Shown: piece by piece, positions 1 through 8,900 of the stretch
How positions within the stretch are numbered: the first letter of the stretch is position 1
Layout of the letters: every line of letters starts with the position of its first letter
Virus record (IMG/VR): IMGVR_UViG_3300037043_000064
Coordinates: 1 to 36,695 of that record
From: a virus
Lineage: Duplodnaviria > Caudoviricetes
DNA: 36,695 nt
Direction: 5' to 3' (one strand)
Program-made: the position numbers and the translations under genes
Notes under the pieces: model-generated
Database searches by the model: none
The model's input: only the letters and a program-made list of their open reading frames with translations
Told to the model about the DNA's origin: nothing

Positions 1-22
1 AGGGCGGCGGCGGCGAGGACGA

Positions 23-967
23 TCACGGCAGCCCGATGTTCCCGGTCGAGCCGTTCACCTGCGTCACCTGTGGCCGGCGGCGCTCGTCGACCCACTCAAC
101 GCCGCTGAAGTCATTGTTGCTGGAGCCGTCGAGGTAGCCGAGTTCGCCCCCGGTGCCGCCCTGCGCGATGAGGCCGCCGAACTGGGCGCCGTTGATGCCC
201 TTGGCCCAGACCATCTGCGCGACCGGCTTCATGTCCACGTCCTGGTGCGTCACGCGGGCGTCGAGCACGATGTCGCGGAAGACGTGGCCGCTTGGCTGGC
301 CGTTGCCCTGCAGGTTCAGCGAGTGCGAGCGGCAGCGGTAGATGGTGAGGCCGTCGACGTAGAAGGCCTTGGGGCCGTTGATCTCCAGCCCCGCCCCCCA
401 CGGCTCGGTGAGCACGGTCCCGGCCCCGGCCACGGTCACGCCGTCGATGACGCAGTTGGCGGGAAGGCCGGGGCCGTCGTAGCTGATGGCCTCGTTCCCC
501 TGCGGATCGTAGGTGACGCTGTACTGGTCGACGTGCTGGTAGACGCGGGTGCCGGTGGTGCGGTCGGTACACTCGAAGCCCATGCGGGGCTGGCTCTTGA
601 CGTGGCCGCGCATGAAGGCGACGTTCTCGATGACGACTCCCGCACAGGAGTTCAGCGTGATGCCGTTCTGCGGCCCGCGCTCGACCACGAAGTCCTCGAT
701 GAGCACGTCCCTCAGCGAGTAGTCGATATGGAGGACGCCGCGGACGCCGGAGCCGCCGGCGAAGATGACGTTGCGATACGACTTCCCCGACTCCAGCCTC
801 ACGTTGTTCAGCACCGTCGGCGTGACCGGCCGCGGGTACACGGGCGGGTCCGGCTCCGGTGGGTCTGGTGTCGGCGGCTCCGGTTCGGGTTCCGGCTGCT
901 TCGGGTACAGGATCGTGTGCCGCTGCCCGCAGTCCGGGCACAGGTGCGTCTTCTGCCTCTTTCCCAT
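23..967 (-). CDS. Right-handed parallel beta-helix (pectin-lyase-like) protein with N-terminal CxxC knuckle and Pro/Glu linker
   Basis: ORF MGKRQKTHLCPDCGQRH, then PEPEPEPPTPDPPEPDPP, then coil-like repeats (DVLIEDFVV, GVVIENVAF, NCVIDGVTV, FYVDGLTI, HVFRDIVL). GGGGAG RBS precedes the ATG at 967. Confidence 0.6.
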   Translation of the reverse strand: MGKRQKTHLCPDCGQRHTILYPKQPEPEPEPPTPDPPEPDPPVYPRPVTPTVLNNVRLESGKSYRNVIFAGGSGVRGVLHIDYSLRDVLIEDFVVERGPQNGITLNSCAGVVIENVAFMRGHVKSQPRMGFECTDRTTGTRVYQHVDQYSVTYDPQGNEAISYDGPGLPANCVIDGVTVAGAGTVLTEPWGAGLEINGPKAFYVDGLTIYRCRSHSLNLQGNGQPSGHVFRDIVLDARVTHQDVDMKPVAQMVWAKGINGAQFGGLIAQGGTGGELGYLDGSSNNDFSGVEWVDERRRPQVTQVNGSTGNIGLP

Positions 968-1049
968 CACCACTCCCCCTCGTTATTGCACGGGTATTGC
1001 CACTTATTGCCACCCTTATTGACGCATGGGCGGTGCATCACCACTCCCC
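965..1049. repeat. 14-bp direct repeat CATCACCACTCCCC flanking four TATTG(C/A) repeats
   Basis: Copies at 965-978 and 1036-1049. TATTGC at 984, 995 and 1005; TATTGA at 1017. Confidence 0.85.
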
Positions 1050-1442
1050 ACTGATTGAGTACACGATCGCGTCCGCCAGCTCCTCGTGGATGTTCCGGCG
1101 GCGGAAGTCGGCATCCCACTCGAACATGGTGCTGCCGTACTCCATGTAGCCCTCGCGCAGCCGCTTGGCACAGAGGTCGAGGAGGTCTGCGTTGTCCAGT
1201 TCGTCGAGGAGGCGCCCGACGGCTTCGGGGTACCCGCCGTACAGCAGGCTCTCCTGGATGTGCAGCGGGATGTTCACCGGCATGTTTCCTGAATCAGGAA
1301 AGTTGCCCTCTTGGAAAACATGGCCGGAATCAACGTACTCGATGTCCGTCACCGTCCCGCAGGCCGGGCAGGATTCAACGGAGCAACCCTCCCGGTCGTT
1401 GTCGTCGCGCTCGCTGTAGTCTTCAGCCTTGTCGTAGCTCAC
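1038..1442 (-). CDS. Hypothetical protein; C-terminus resembles all-alpha NTP pyrophosphohydrolase (MazG-like) phage proteins
   Basis: 134-aa ORF with a CPAC motif and GYMEYG...IHEELADAIVY (EExxD-like). Confidence 0.45.
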   Translation of the reverse strand: MSYDKAEDYSERDDNDREGCSVESCPACGTVTDIEYVDSGHVFQEGNFPDSGNMPVNIPLHIQESLLYGGYPEAVGRLLDELDNADLLDLCAKRLREGYMEYGSTMFEWDADFRRRNIHEELADAIVYSISGEW

Positions 1443-1518
1443 CGCTCCCCCTCCCAGTTGCGTCCGCGTACCGTGGATAGCCCCCGAGGGCGATGAATGG
1501 GACGCGGTTGCAACCGGG

Positions 1519-1986
1519 TCACTCCCCCACCCCCATAGCCGCCTCCATCTCGCGCCGCTCCCGGAACATGCGGTTGAGGTGGATTGCCGAGTCGTCGGCC
1601 ACCGCTGTCGAGGCGATGGGCACGACGTTGCGTTTCGGGTAGAACTCGCGCACGTCCCAGCACACGAGGCCGTACCCGGGCTCGACGACGCAGGCGGCGT
1701 CCTCGTACCGCAGCCACGCCTGCACCGGCCCCCAGCCCACGTACCGGGGCACGTCCTGGAGTCCGTCCGCGTACCCCACCTCGATGCGCCAGCCGTCCGT
1801 CATGCCGCAGTACGGGTTCCGGTGCTGGAACGCGAGCAGCTCGTCTTCGAAGACGCAGATGCAGTGCCAGACGGGGTAGGCGTCCGCGACCATGATGGTG
1901 AAGCGGTCGAGGCGGCCGATGTCGGCGAGGGCCTTGACCAGCTCGGCCGGCCACTCGGCGCAGGGGGCGCGGGACTCGACGATCAC
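1519..1986 (-). CDS. Hypothetical protein
   Basis: GTGA overlap with upstream stop at 1983-1986; GC3-rich codons; begins VIVESRAPCAEW. Confidence 0.7.
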   Translation of the reverse strand: MIVESRAPCAEWPAELVKALADIGRLDRFTIMVADAYPVWHCICVFEDELLAFQHRNPYCGMTDGWRIEVGYADGLQDVPRYVGWGPVQAWLRYEDAACVVEPGYGLVCWDVREFYPKRNVVPIASTAVADDSAIHLNRMFRERREMEAAMGVGE

Positions 1987-2459
1987 TGGTCCTCCCCGGC
2001 GCGGGCGCGGAGGTCGGCGAGCATCTGCTTCCACTGTTCGCTGTCCCTAGGCTGATACAAGGTCTTGAGAATCAAGTCCCGCTCAGCCAGCTTGGCCTCC
2101 AGCCACTCCACGCGAAGGCGCCTGCTCTCGTTCTCAAATCTAGCGGCGGCCACCTCGGCCTCGGCCGCCTTCACCCGCTCATTCGCCGTGTTCCACGCGC
2201 TGTTGAGGATTTCGGAGCGGTCGGCGCGGAGCTTGTCCAGCTCCAGTTTGTATTGCTGGGCCTTGCGGCCCCGTCGCTCGGCCTCCTCTCGCCACGACTG
2301 CCGGGCGTCCTCGCATAGATCGCGCCGCCTGAGCGTGTCCGCGAGGTCCAGTTGCAGTTCGCGGTTCTCGGCCTCCAGCTCCTTGATGCGCACGATTGCG
2401 CAGTCGTGGTGCGCCTCGTAGCAGCCGTCCCAATGTGAACCGTAACCACCCCTGCTCAC
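1983..2459 (-). CDS. Coiled-coil hypothetical protein with N-terminal HWxGCxxxHHxCA motif
   Basis: GTGA overlap at 2456-2459; SHWDGCYEAHHDCAIVRIKELEAEN followed by heptads. Confidence 0.7.
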   Translation of the reverse strand: MSRGGYGSHWDGCYEAHHDCAIVRIKELEAENRELQLDLADTLRRRDLCEDARQSWREEAERRGRKAQQYKLELDKLRADRSEILNSAWNTANERVKAAEAEVAAARFENESRRLRVEWLEAKLAERDLILKTLYQPRDSEQWKQMLADLRARAGEDQ

Positions 2460-2674
2460 AGCTCCCCCTTCCCGACCCGGACCTCGGTCGGGTCCATGTA
2501 CCACCACTGGTCCACCTCGCCGTCGAAGTCGACCCAGAGGCGCAGGTAGTCCGTCCCCTCCAGCCGCCAGTCGAGCACGTTGCCCGCGAACACGGCCCCG
2601 CTCTGGTTCTTGGTGAAGACGACGACGTACCGCTGGAACCAGCGGCGGCGGATGGCGGCTTCGAGGCGGGTCAT
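2456..2674 (-). CDS. Hypothetical protein (72 aa)
   Basis: Fills the gap in the operon, coupled to the downstream gene, GC3-rich. Confidence 0.7.
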   Translation of the reverse strand: MTRLEAAIRRRWFQRYVVVFTKNQSGAVFAGNVLDWRLEGTDYLRLWVDFDGEVDQWWYMDPTEVRVGKGEL

Positions 2675-2683
2675 GTCACGGCC

Positions 2684-3166
2684 TCAGTACGCCGTCGGCC
2701 AATGACGCCAGCCCACTGCATTTACAGAGTTCAGACACCTTCGCAAGGACTCTTTCGGATCAGTTCGCCAGTCCCGACCCTTCACCCATGCTGGCGAGAA
2801 TTGGAGCAGGCCAAGGTACGGGGGGTTCTTGTCCGCCTTGGGGTCGCCCTTCGACTCCCGGTAGATGACCTTCATCAGTCGAGGGAGCTGTGACTTCGGC
2901 CAGCCGACACGACGGGCCAGCCCGACCCATCGCCCAACGGCTCGTCCATAGCGGGCAGAGTAGAGGCGAGTCTGACGCTCGACATAGCGCTCCTTGCACG
3001 TTGGGCCTGCTCGCTCAGCGGCCGCGGCTCTGGCCTCGGCCAGGGCGGCAGCGCGGTGGGCGGCCGTCCTCTCGTTAGCCTTCGCATGAACAGCAGCAGG
3101 CAGGGAAACGCACAGCAGCCCGCCAAGAACGAACGCCAGGGCAAACGCCTTGAGTCCATGTCTCAT
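2684..3166 (-). CDS. Secreted lytic transglycosylase (SLT/lysozyme-like) protein
   Basis: Signal-peptide-like N-terminus (MRHGLKAFALAFVLGGLLCVSLPAAVHA); VIYRES (catalytic Glu-Ser) and GLLQF motifs. Confidence 0.7.
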   Translation of the reverse strand: MRHGLKAFALAFVLGGLLCVSLPAAVHAKANERTAAHRAAALAEARAAAAERAGPTCKERYVERQTRLYSARYGRAVGRWVGLARRVGWPKSQLPRLMKVIYRESKGDPKADKNPPYLGLLQFSPAWVKGRDWRTDPKESLRRCLNSVNAVGWRHWPTAY

Positions 3167-3194
3167 CTCTGCCCTTCACTCGCTGACAGGGGGC

Positions 3195-3235
3195 GCGGCG
3201 GCCGGGGGAGAGAGGGGGAAGACCCCGGCCGCCGC
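3195..3235. other. 13-bp perfect stem-loop with 15-nt purine/pyrimidine-skewed loop
   Basis: GCGGCGGCCGGGG (3195-3207) pairs with CCCCGGCCGCCGC (3223-3235). Confidence 0.75.
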
Positions 3236-3260
3236 TGGTCGGGGTGAGGCGACCTGGCAG

Positions 3261-3290
3261 GAACGTAGCAGGGGGGGGTGTAGGAGGAGC
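3261..3290 (-). promoter_or_regulatory. Phage promoter-like motif TCCTCCTACA-N8-TGCTACGTT
   Basis: Intergenic; same boxes and 8-nt spacing recur at 27202-27228 and 36609-36636. TGnTACGTT fits an extended -10. Confidence 0.65.
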
Positions 3291-4568
3291 TCATGCTGCG
3301 CGCCCGTAGATCGTCGGCGTCCGCCGCTGGCCCGGCTCGAGGACCAGATAGGCCGTCTCGGCGAGCCCGTACTCGTGGCTCATGTAGAGCAGCGTCTGCG
3401 ACGGCGCCGAGGTGGTCATCACGGCAGCCTGCGTGAGCTGGTTCGCCCCCACCATGGTGCCGTTCACGACGCGCATCCCGCGGCCCGCCGGCAGCGTCGC
3501 TGCCTGGTGCCAGTGGCCGAGCAGCCAGAAGGAGAACAGCGTCTCGAGCTCCATCGTGAGCTTGGCATGGGTCTTGTCGAGGCCGTAGAAGGGGAACCCG
3601 CCCCAGCCGCGCACCTCGTTGCCGTGCGTCATCAGGCAGATCTGCTCGGCCGCCGTGAAGAGCAGGCGCCCGGCGGGCTCGACGGCGAACTCCCTGATCG
3701 GCCAGTTGGTGAGCTGTCTCTTCAGGAGCTCGTACAGCAGGAGGTCGAAGGAGAACGTCACCGGCAGCGCCCCGGCCTTGCGCCCGCCCGGCTTGCCGTG
3801 GTTGCCTGGCACGGCATACACATCGACGGTGAGGCCGCCGGGCAGGAACGGCTCGATGATGGCGGTGAGCACCGAGGCGAGCAGGTCGGCGCCGTCGACG
3901 GCCTGCATGGCGGCGTCCTTCTCGAGGCTCCACGGCTGGCCGTTGAAGATGTCGTGACCCTCCACCATGTCTCCGATCAGGGCGATGACGAGGCGGGTGA
4001 TCCGGTAGGCGCGCATCTGGTTCTCGAGGTTGCCGACCACGGCGTCGACGAGGCGCCGCGCCCGCTGCTCGGCGACGGCCCAGCTGTAGGCGTTCACGCC
4101 GCCCGTCTCGATTTCGTGGACCAGCTCGCCGAGCTGCCAGTCGCTGAGCAGCAGCACGGCCTCGCGCTTGGGCAGCTTCGTCGCCGGCGGCTTGCGCCGC
4201 CTGAACACCGGACGGGGGCGCGGCTGGAAGCCGGCGGACACCGACTTGCAGATGTCCTCCTGCGAGGCGATCTGCGTGATCGCCTCGTTGTACATGCGCT
4301 TGTAGTGGTCGCGCTCGGCGGAGACGCGGACCAGGGCGGTGTCCTCAGGGATCCGCTCGGCGGGGTCTTCCTCCGTCTCGGGGATCTGGCTGCGGCCCGG
4401 CTTCGTGCTCGCCGGCGACAGGTCGATGCCCTGCTCGGCGCAGTAGCGGCGCAGCGTGCGGTCGGCGACGCCGAGGCGACCAAGGAGCTGGCCGAGCGAG
4501 GTCGCCTCGGCGATCGCGGCGACGACCGCCTCTGGGCCGCCCTCCGGCTTCCATCGAGGCGCGGCCAC
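3291..4568 (-). CDS. Calcineurin-like metallophosphoesterase with N-terminal HTH-like and coiled-coil region
   Basis: Motifs SDWQLGE, GDMVEG, GNHG, THG and GHWH in canonical order. Confidence 0.8.
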   Translation of the reverse strand: MAAPRWKPEGGPEAVVAAIAEATSLGQLLGRLGVADRTLRRYCAEQGIDLSPASTKPGRSQIPETEEDPAERIPEDTALVRVSAERDHYKRMYNEAITQIASQEDICKSVSAGFQPRPRPVFRRRKPPATKLPKREAVLLLSDWQLGELVHEIETGGVNAYSWAVAEQRARRLVDAVVGNLENQMRAYRITRLVIALIGDMVEGHDIFNGQPWSLEKDAAMQAVDGADLLASVLTAIIEPFLPGGLTVDVYAVPGNHGKPGGRKAGALPVTFSFDLLLYELLKRQLTNWPIREFAVEPAGRLLFTAAEQICLMTHGNEVRGWGGFPFYGLDKTHAKLTMELETLFSFWLLGHWHQAATLPAGRGMRVVNGTMVGANQLTQAAVMTTSAPSQTLLYMSHEYGLAETAYLVLEPGQRRTPTIYGRAA

Positions 4569-4771
4569 TAGCCGTGACTCCGTTCATTCCGCCAGAAGGC
4601 AGCGCAGTCCAGGGTGACCTCAGCCGGCGGCATCTTGAGCTCGTGCCGCGTGGCCCTGCAGTTCGCCTCGGCCACCGCGCGGCTGATCTCGGTGCGCAGC
4701 AGCAGGCAGGCGTGGTCGCCGCTGCGCTCGCAGCGTTCACAGCGTTGCAGGAGACGGAAGGGGACGGTCAT
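4568..4771 (-). CDS. Small Cys-rich hypothetical protein
   Basis: 67 aa with CERC...C...C; coupled to the downstream GTG. Confidence 0.6.
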   Translation of the reverse strand: MTVPFRLLQRCERCERSGDHACLLLRTEISRAVAEANCRATRHELKMPPAEVTLDCAAFWRNERSHG

Positions 4772-4774
4772 GGG

Positions 4775-5311
4775 TCAGCTCGTCGCCCGCCGCCACGCCG
4801 TGAGACGCGCCCACCATGCGGGCTTCTTCTTCGGCACGGCCACGCGCACGTACTTGCCCGTGGTCTTCGCCGGCGGCGTCTTCACCTTCGCTGTCGGGTA
4901 GTGACGGCCGGGGCAGGCGGTGGCGGTGACGTCGCGGTGACGGAGCACGATGATGCCGGGGAAGCTGTGGCGCATGCGCTCGACCAGCCACCGCAGCGAG
5001 GCGAGCTGCGCGGGCGGCATCGTCTGCTCGTTGTCGTAGTTGCCCTCGGCGCAGATGCCGATGCTGGCGTTGTGGCCGGGGGCGTGCGCGCCGATCGCCC
5101 AGATGGGACGGCCCCGGTAGATGGCACCGCTCTTGCGCACGTAGAAGTGATAGCCGACGCCCGCCCACCGGTTGTTCAGGTGGATACGGTGCAGCTGCGC
5201 GGGCGTGAGCGTGGTCGCGGCGGCGTGGTGCAGGATGACCTCGCGGGGCTTGCCGTCGCGGCGGGCCAACCCGTAGGCCCATTTCCAGTCCGTGTTGATG
5301 ATGCTGGGCAT
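4775..5311 (-). CDS. Endolysin, N-acetylmuramoyl-L-alanine amidase (Amidase_2, T7-lysozyme-like)
   Basis: VILHH, GYHFYV, GAHAPGHNASIGICAEGNY and HRDVTATACPG Zn-ligand motifs; AGGAGG RBS; basic amphipathic C-terminal tail. Confidence 0.9.
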   Translation of the reverse strand: MPSIINTDWKWAYGLARRDGKPREVILHHAAATTLTPAQLHRIHLNNRWAGVGYHFYVRKSGAIYRGRPIWAIGAHAPGHNASIGICAEGNYDNEQTMPPAQLASLRWLVERMRHSFPGIIVLRHRDVTATACPGRHYPTAKVKTPPAKTTGKYVRVAVPKKKPAWWARLTAWRRATS

Positions 5312-5381
5312 CTTCACTGCCTCCTGGTTCTTGGCGGCCGGTCGCAGCCAGAGTGACTTTTATCGTTGTAGGAGGAGCCTC

Positions 5382-5834
5382 CTAGCTGCGCAGTTGCAGC
5401 ACCACATACGGCGTGGCGGCGGCGAGTAGGGCCAGCAGCGTCGTCGTGTCGTGGTCCGTGATGGCGGCGACTCCGGCGGCGACGAGAGCGACGACGACGA
5501 GGATGCGGAGGGCGACGCGGAGCTGGACGCTCATAACGGCCCGGTTCGTGCGCCGGGCCTTGGCGTCGGAGATGGCGTCGGCGGTGATGCGATCGTGGTC
5601 GCTGCGGCAGGCGGCAATGCGGGCGTCGACGACGCAGGGGACTTCAGACACGGCGGCGGAGACGTTGTCCATGCAACGGTAGAGCTTGTCCGTCTTCTCC
5701 TCCATCCTGTCGCGCCAGTGCTCGTCCTGCTGCCGGAGCAGCGCCCGTGCCTTCTCCGACTCATCCCAGCGGGCGTTCATCGCCGCGACTTCCTGTACCA
5801 GTTGCGTGATGATGCTCGCCTCGCCGCTTGTCAT
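5382..5834 (-). CDS. Membrane protein upstream of endolysin (holin-like or lysis accessory)
   Basis: Coiled-coil N-terminus and two hydrophobic C-terminal segments; sits between the tail tip gene and the amidase. Confidence 0.55.
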   Translation of the reverse strand: MTSGEASIITQLVQEVAAMNARWDESEKARALLRQQDEHWRDRMEEKTDKLYRCMDNVSAAVSEVPCVVDARIAACRSDHDRITADAISDAKARRTNRAVMSVQLRVALRILVVVALVAAGVAAITDHDTTTLLALLAAATPYVVLQLRS

Positions 5835-5870
5835 GGCCTCGCCTCTTTCTGCGTCGTCGTCTATGGGGAC

Positions 5871-5899
5871 GCCCCCGGCCCCTTCACGGGACCGGGGGC
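5871..5899 (-). terminator. GC-rich hairpin after the last tail gene
   Basis: GCCCCCGGTCCC-GTGAA-GGGGCCGGGGGC on the minus strand; no U tract, as is common in actinobacteria. Confidence 0.5.
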
Positions 5900-5934
5900 T
5901 ATGCGCCGGAGGGGGAAGCGGCGCCTGGGGGAAG

Positions 5935-8900
5935 CTATTTCCGGTACGGCCTCTTGTTCTTGCGCCGGTCTGCCGTCGTCGCCACGCGCCGCATTCGCAG
6001 CACGTCCGAGACGTCCCACGGCCAGCCGACGGTGGCGCTGCCGGTGTGGCTGGTCCAGTTGTACGTCGTCTCGACCACGTACAGGTCCGTGGCCCCGTCC
6101 AGCGACGGGACGCTGAGCCGGTCGCCGGGGCGCACGTGGTAGCTGTGGCGCACGACTCCGGCCGTCGTCGTCGCGGTCGCGGTGAGCGGGACCGTGCCCG
6201 TCCATTGCTGCGCCTGCCGCCGCGTCCACAGCCTCGCGGCGAGGGCGGCGGCCTCGGCCTCGGTCATCACCACGTCGCCGTAGGCGTCCTCGACGGACAC
6301 GCGGGCGTCCCACTCGGCGGGCGGCTCGGGGTGCCAGACGCTGACCGGGGTTCCGTTCGGGATCCCGCTGATGCCCGAGGACAGGAACAGCAGGCGGATG
6401 TAGTCGGGGGCGACCTCGGTGTCGCGCTCGAGGCCGGACTCGTCCTCGCCCGCGCGCCCGCCGTAGCTCCAGTGCGTGTTGCGGGTCGGGTCGACGGCGG
6501 CGGGGAGCTCCTGCGCGTAGAAGACGTCCACGCCGTCGGCCCCGAGGCGGAACTCGTACTCGACCTCTTCGTCGTGATAGCCCGCCACCTCGCGCAGGCC
6601 GTCGGCAGCGGTCTTCGGCCAGTCGGGGCGCACGACGAGGTGGCCGAGGGCGCTGCCGATGGTGGCGACCTCGGCGCGGCCGGCGAGGCCCGGCCGCGTG
6701 GCGACTTCGGCGAGGGCGTCGGACACGGAGGCGTCGGCGGTCGCGGTGATGAGGCGGTCGACGCGGGCGAGGCGGTAGCCCGAGCGGGAGACGTAGACGT
6801 ACTCGTTCGCGGCCGCGCCCATCGGCCCGGCCCCGACGTTCCACTCGCGCACGTAGGTGCCGTCGGCCTCGAACTCCTGAACGCGCGCGTTGTCGCGGTC
6901 GACGACGAAGACGGTCCCGCCAGAGCCGATGGCGACGCCCGTGGGGGCGTCGAACTGGCCGTCGCCGCTGCCGCTTGAGCCCCACTTGTCGGTGAAGGTG
7001 CCGTCCGCGGCGAAGTACTGGACGCGGTTGTTGTCCTGGTCTGCCACGTACACGGCACCACTGGCCGCCACGGCGACGCCGCGCGGGTAGCTGAACTCGC
7101 CGTTCCCGCTGCCGCTCGTGCCCCACTGGCCGGAGTAGGTGCCGGTGGCGGTGAAGTACTGGACGCGGTCGAGGTCGGAGTCGGTGACGTAGACGGCGCC
7201 GCCGGGGGCGACGGCGACCGAGTCGGCGACGCTGAACTGCCCGTTGCCGGTCCCCGCGCTGCCCCACTTGCCGAGGTAGGCACCCTCGGCGGTGAAGTAC
7301 TGGACGCGGTTGTTGTCCTGGTCGACGACGTAGACGGTGCCGCTCGCGGCCACTGCGACGTCGCTCGGGTAGTTGAGCTCGCCGTCCCCGCTGCCGTTGC
7401 TGCCGAAGGCGCGGACGAACGCACCCGCTGCGGTGAACTGCTGGACGCGATGGTTGGCTGAGTCGGCGACGTAGACGTCTCCGCTCGGCGCGAGTCCGAG
7501 GCCGAGCGGAACCTTCATCTGCCCCGGCTCGCTGCCGTACTCGCCGAAGGCGACGGAGTTGCCGCCGCCGTGAGCGACGACGTCGGTGAGGATGCAGTGC
7601 TGGGCGGCGGTGTAGGTAGTCTTCGTCGAGCAGGTTAGGCGCAGGCGAACGCAGCGGGTGCCGGGCGGGAACGAGCCGCTGGCGGGGACGCGCTGGCCGG
7701 ACAGCGTCGTCGTCGCGTTCGTCTTCGTCCAGTCGGTATCGGCGAAGCTGCCCCACGGGGTCGTGCCCGCCTGCACCTTCGCGGTTAGGGTCGCGGGCAG
7801 CTTGATGTCGGCGGCGAAGGTGAGGTGGTCGATGTCGCCCTCGCCGAACCCGGCGCTGACCCAGTAGGCGAGGCTGAAGCTGCCCGCCGCGAGCGTGTCC
7901 CCGTCCTCGACGCCGATGTAGAGGCGGCCCTCGGTGTCGCTCGCCCACTGCTGCGAGTCCTGCACCGTCGGCTGCCACTGGTCGTAGTCGGCGTCCTGCC
8001 AGACGTGGCAGAAGTCCTCGCGCCGGGCGGCCCATGCGTGGACGCCGCCGACGCCGATGGAGAGGCTGTCGCTGGGGCCGCTGCGGCTGTGGCGGATGGG
8101 GTCGGAGAGGACGCGGCCCCCGTAGGCGCCCTCGCCCCCCACCATGAGCCGGACGCGGGCGCCGGGCCGGAGCTGGTTCCGCGCCGCCGATGCGTCCCTC
8201 GCCGAGAGCTCGAACTCCAGCGAGCCGTCGCCGCCGGGCATGGCGCGGGTCATCTCGCCGATCGCGGCGACGGGGCCGAGGTCGCGCCAGCCGAGGGTGT
8301 CGGAGCCGAGGAGGAGGGAGGGGCGCTGCTGCTTGTGCCGGCGCTCAGTCTTCTCGAAGGTGCGCGTGGTGAAAGTGACCTCGGAGCCGTAGACGGTCCC
8401 GGCGGCGCTCGTCGCGTAGGCGCGGACGTAGTAGGTCGTCTTCGGACTCAGGCCCGTGATGGTGCTCGTGTACGCGCCCGCTCCGCTGCCGTCTGTGGTC
8501 TTGTCGTCAGCCGTGGTCGGACTACCGGTGGCGTTCCAGCAGACGCCGCGCGCGGTCGCCGTCTCGCCGCCGGGGAGGACGGTGCCACCGCTGGCGGCGG
8601 CGGTCGTCGTGGCGCCGGTGACGGCAGCCGTCGTGACTTCGAGCCAGCCGGTCCCGGCGGCGTAGTTCTGAGCGACCTGCTCGGGAGTGAGGGCGAAGGG
8701 GTAGACGCGGGCAACGGCGATTGACCCTGGGAAGGGGTAGGTCAGGGACGAGAGCCGAGTGGCAGTTGCCGTGATGACTCCGGGGGCGATTCCGACTGAC
8801 CCGCCGGCAACGCCGTCCACCCACGCCACAAGATTGACGCCGTTCAGCGTGACGACGCCATGGTGCCAGTTCCCGTCGTTGACCGGCACGCTCGGCCCGG

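Noticed and set aside
6760-7550. 141-bp periodic DNA repeats as a non-coding array
   Set aside because: Fully explained by NHL protein repeats.
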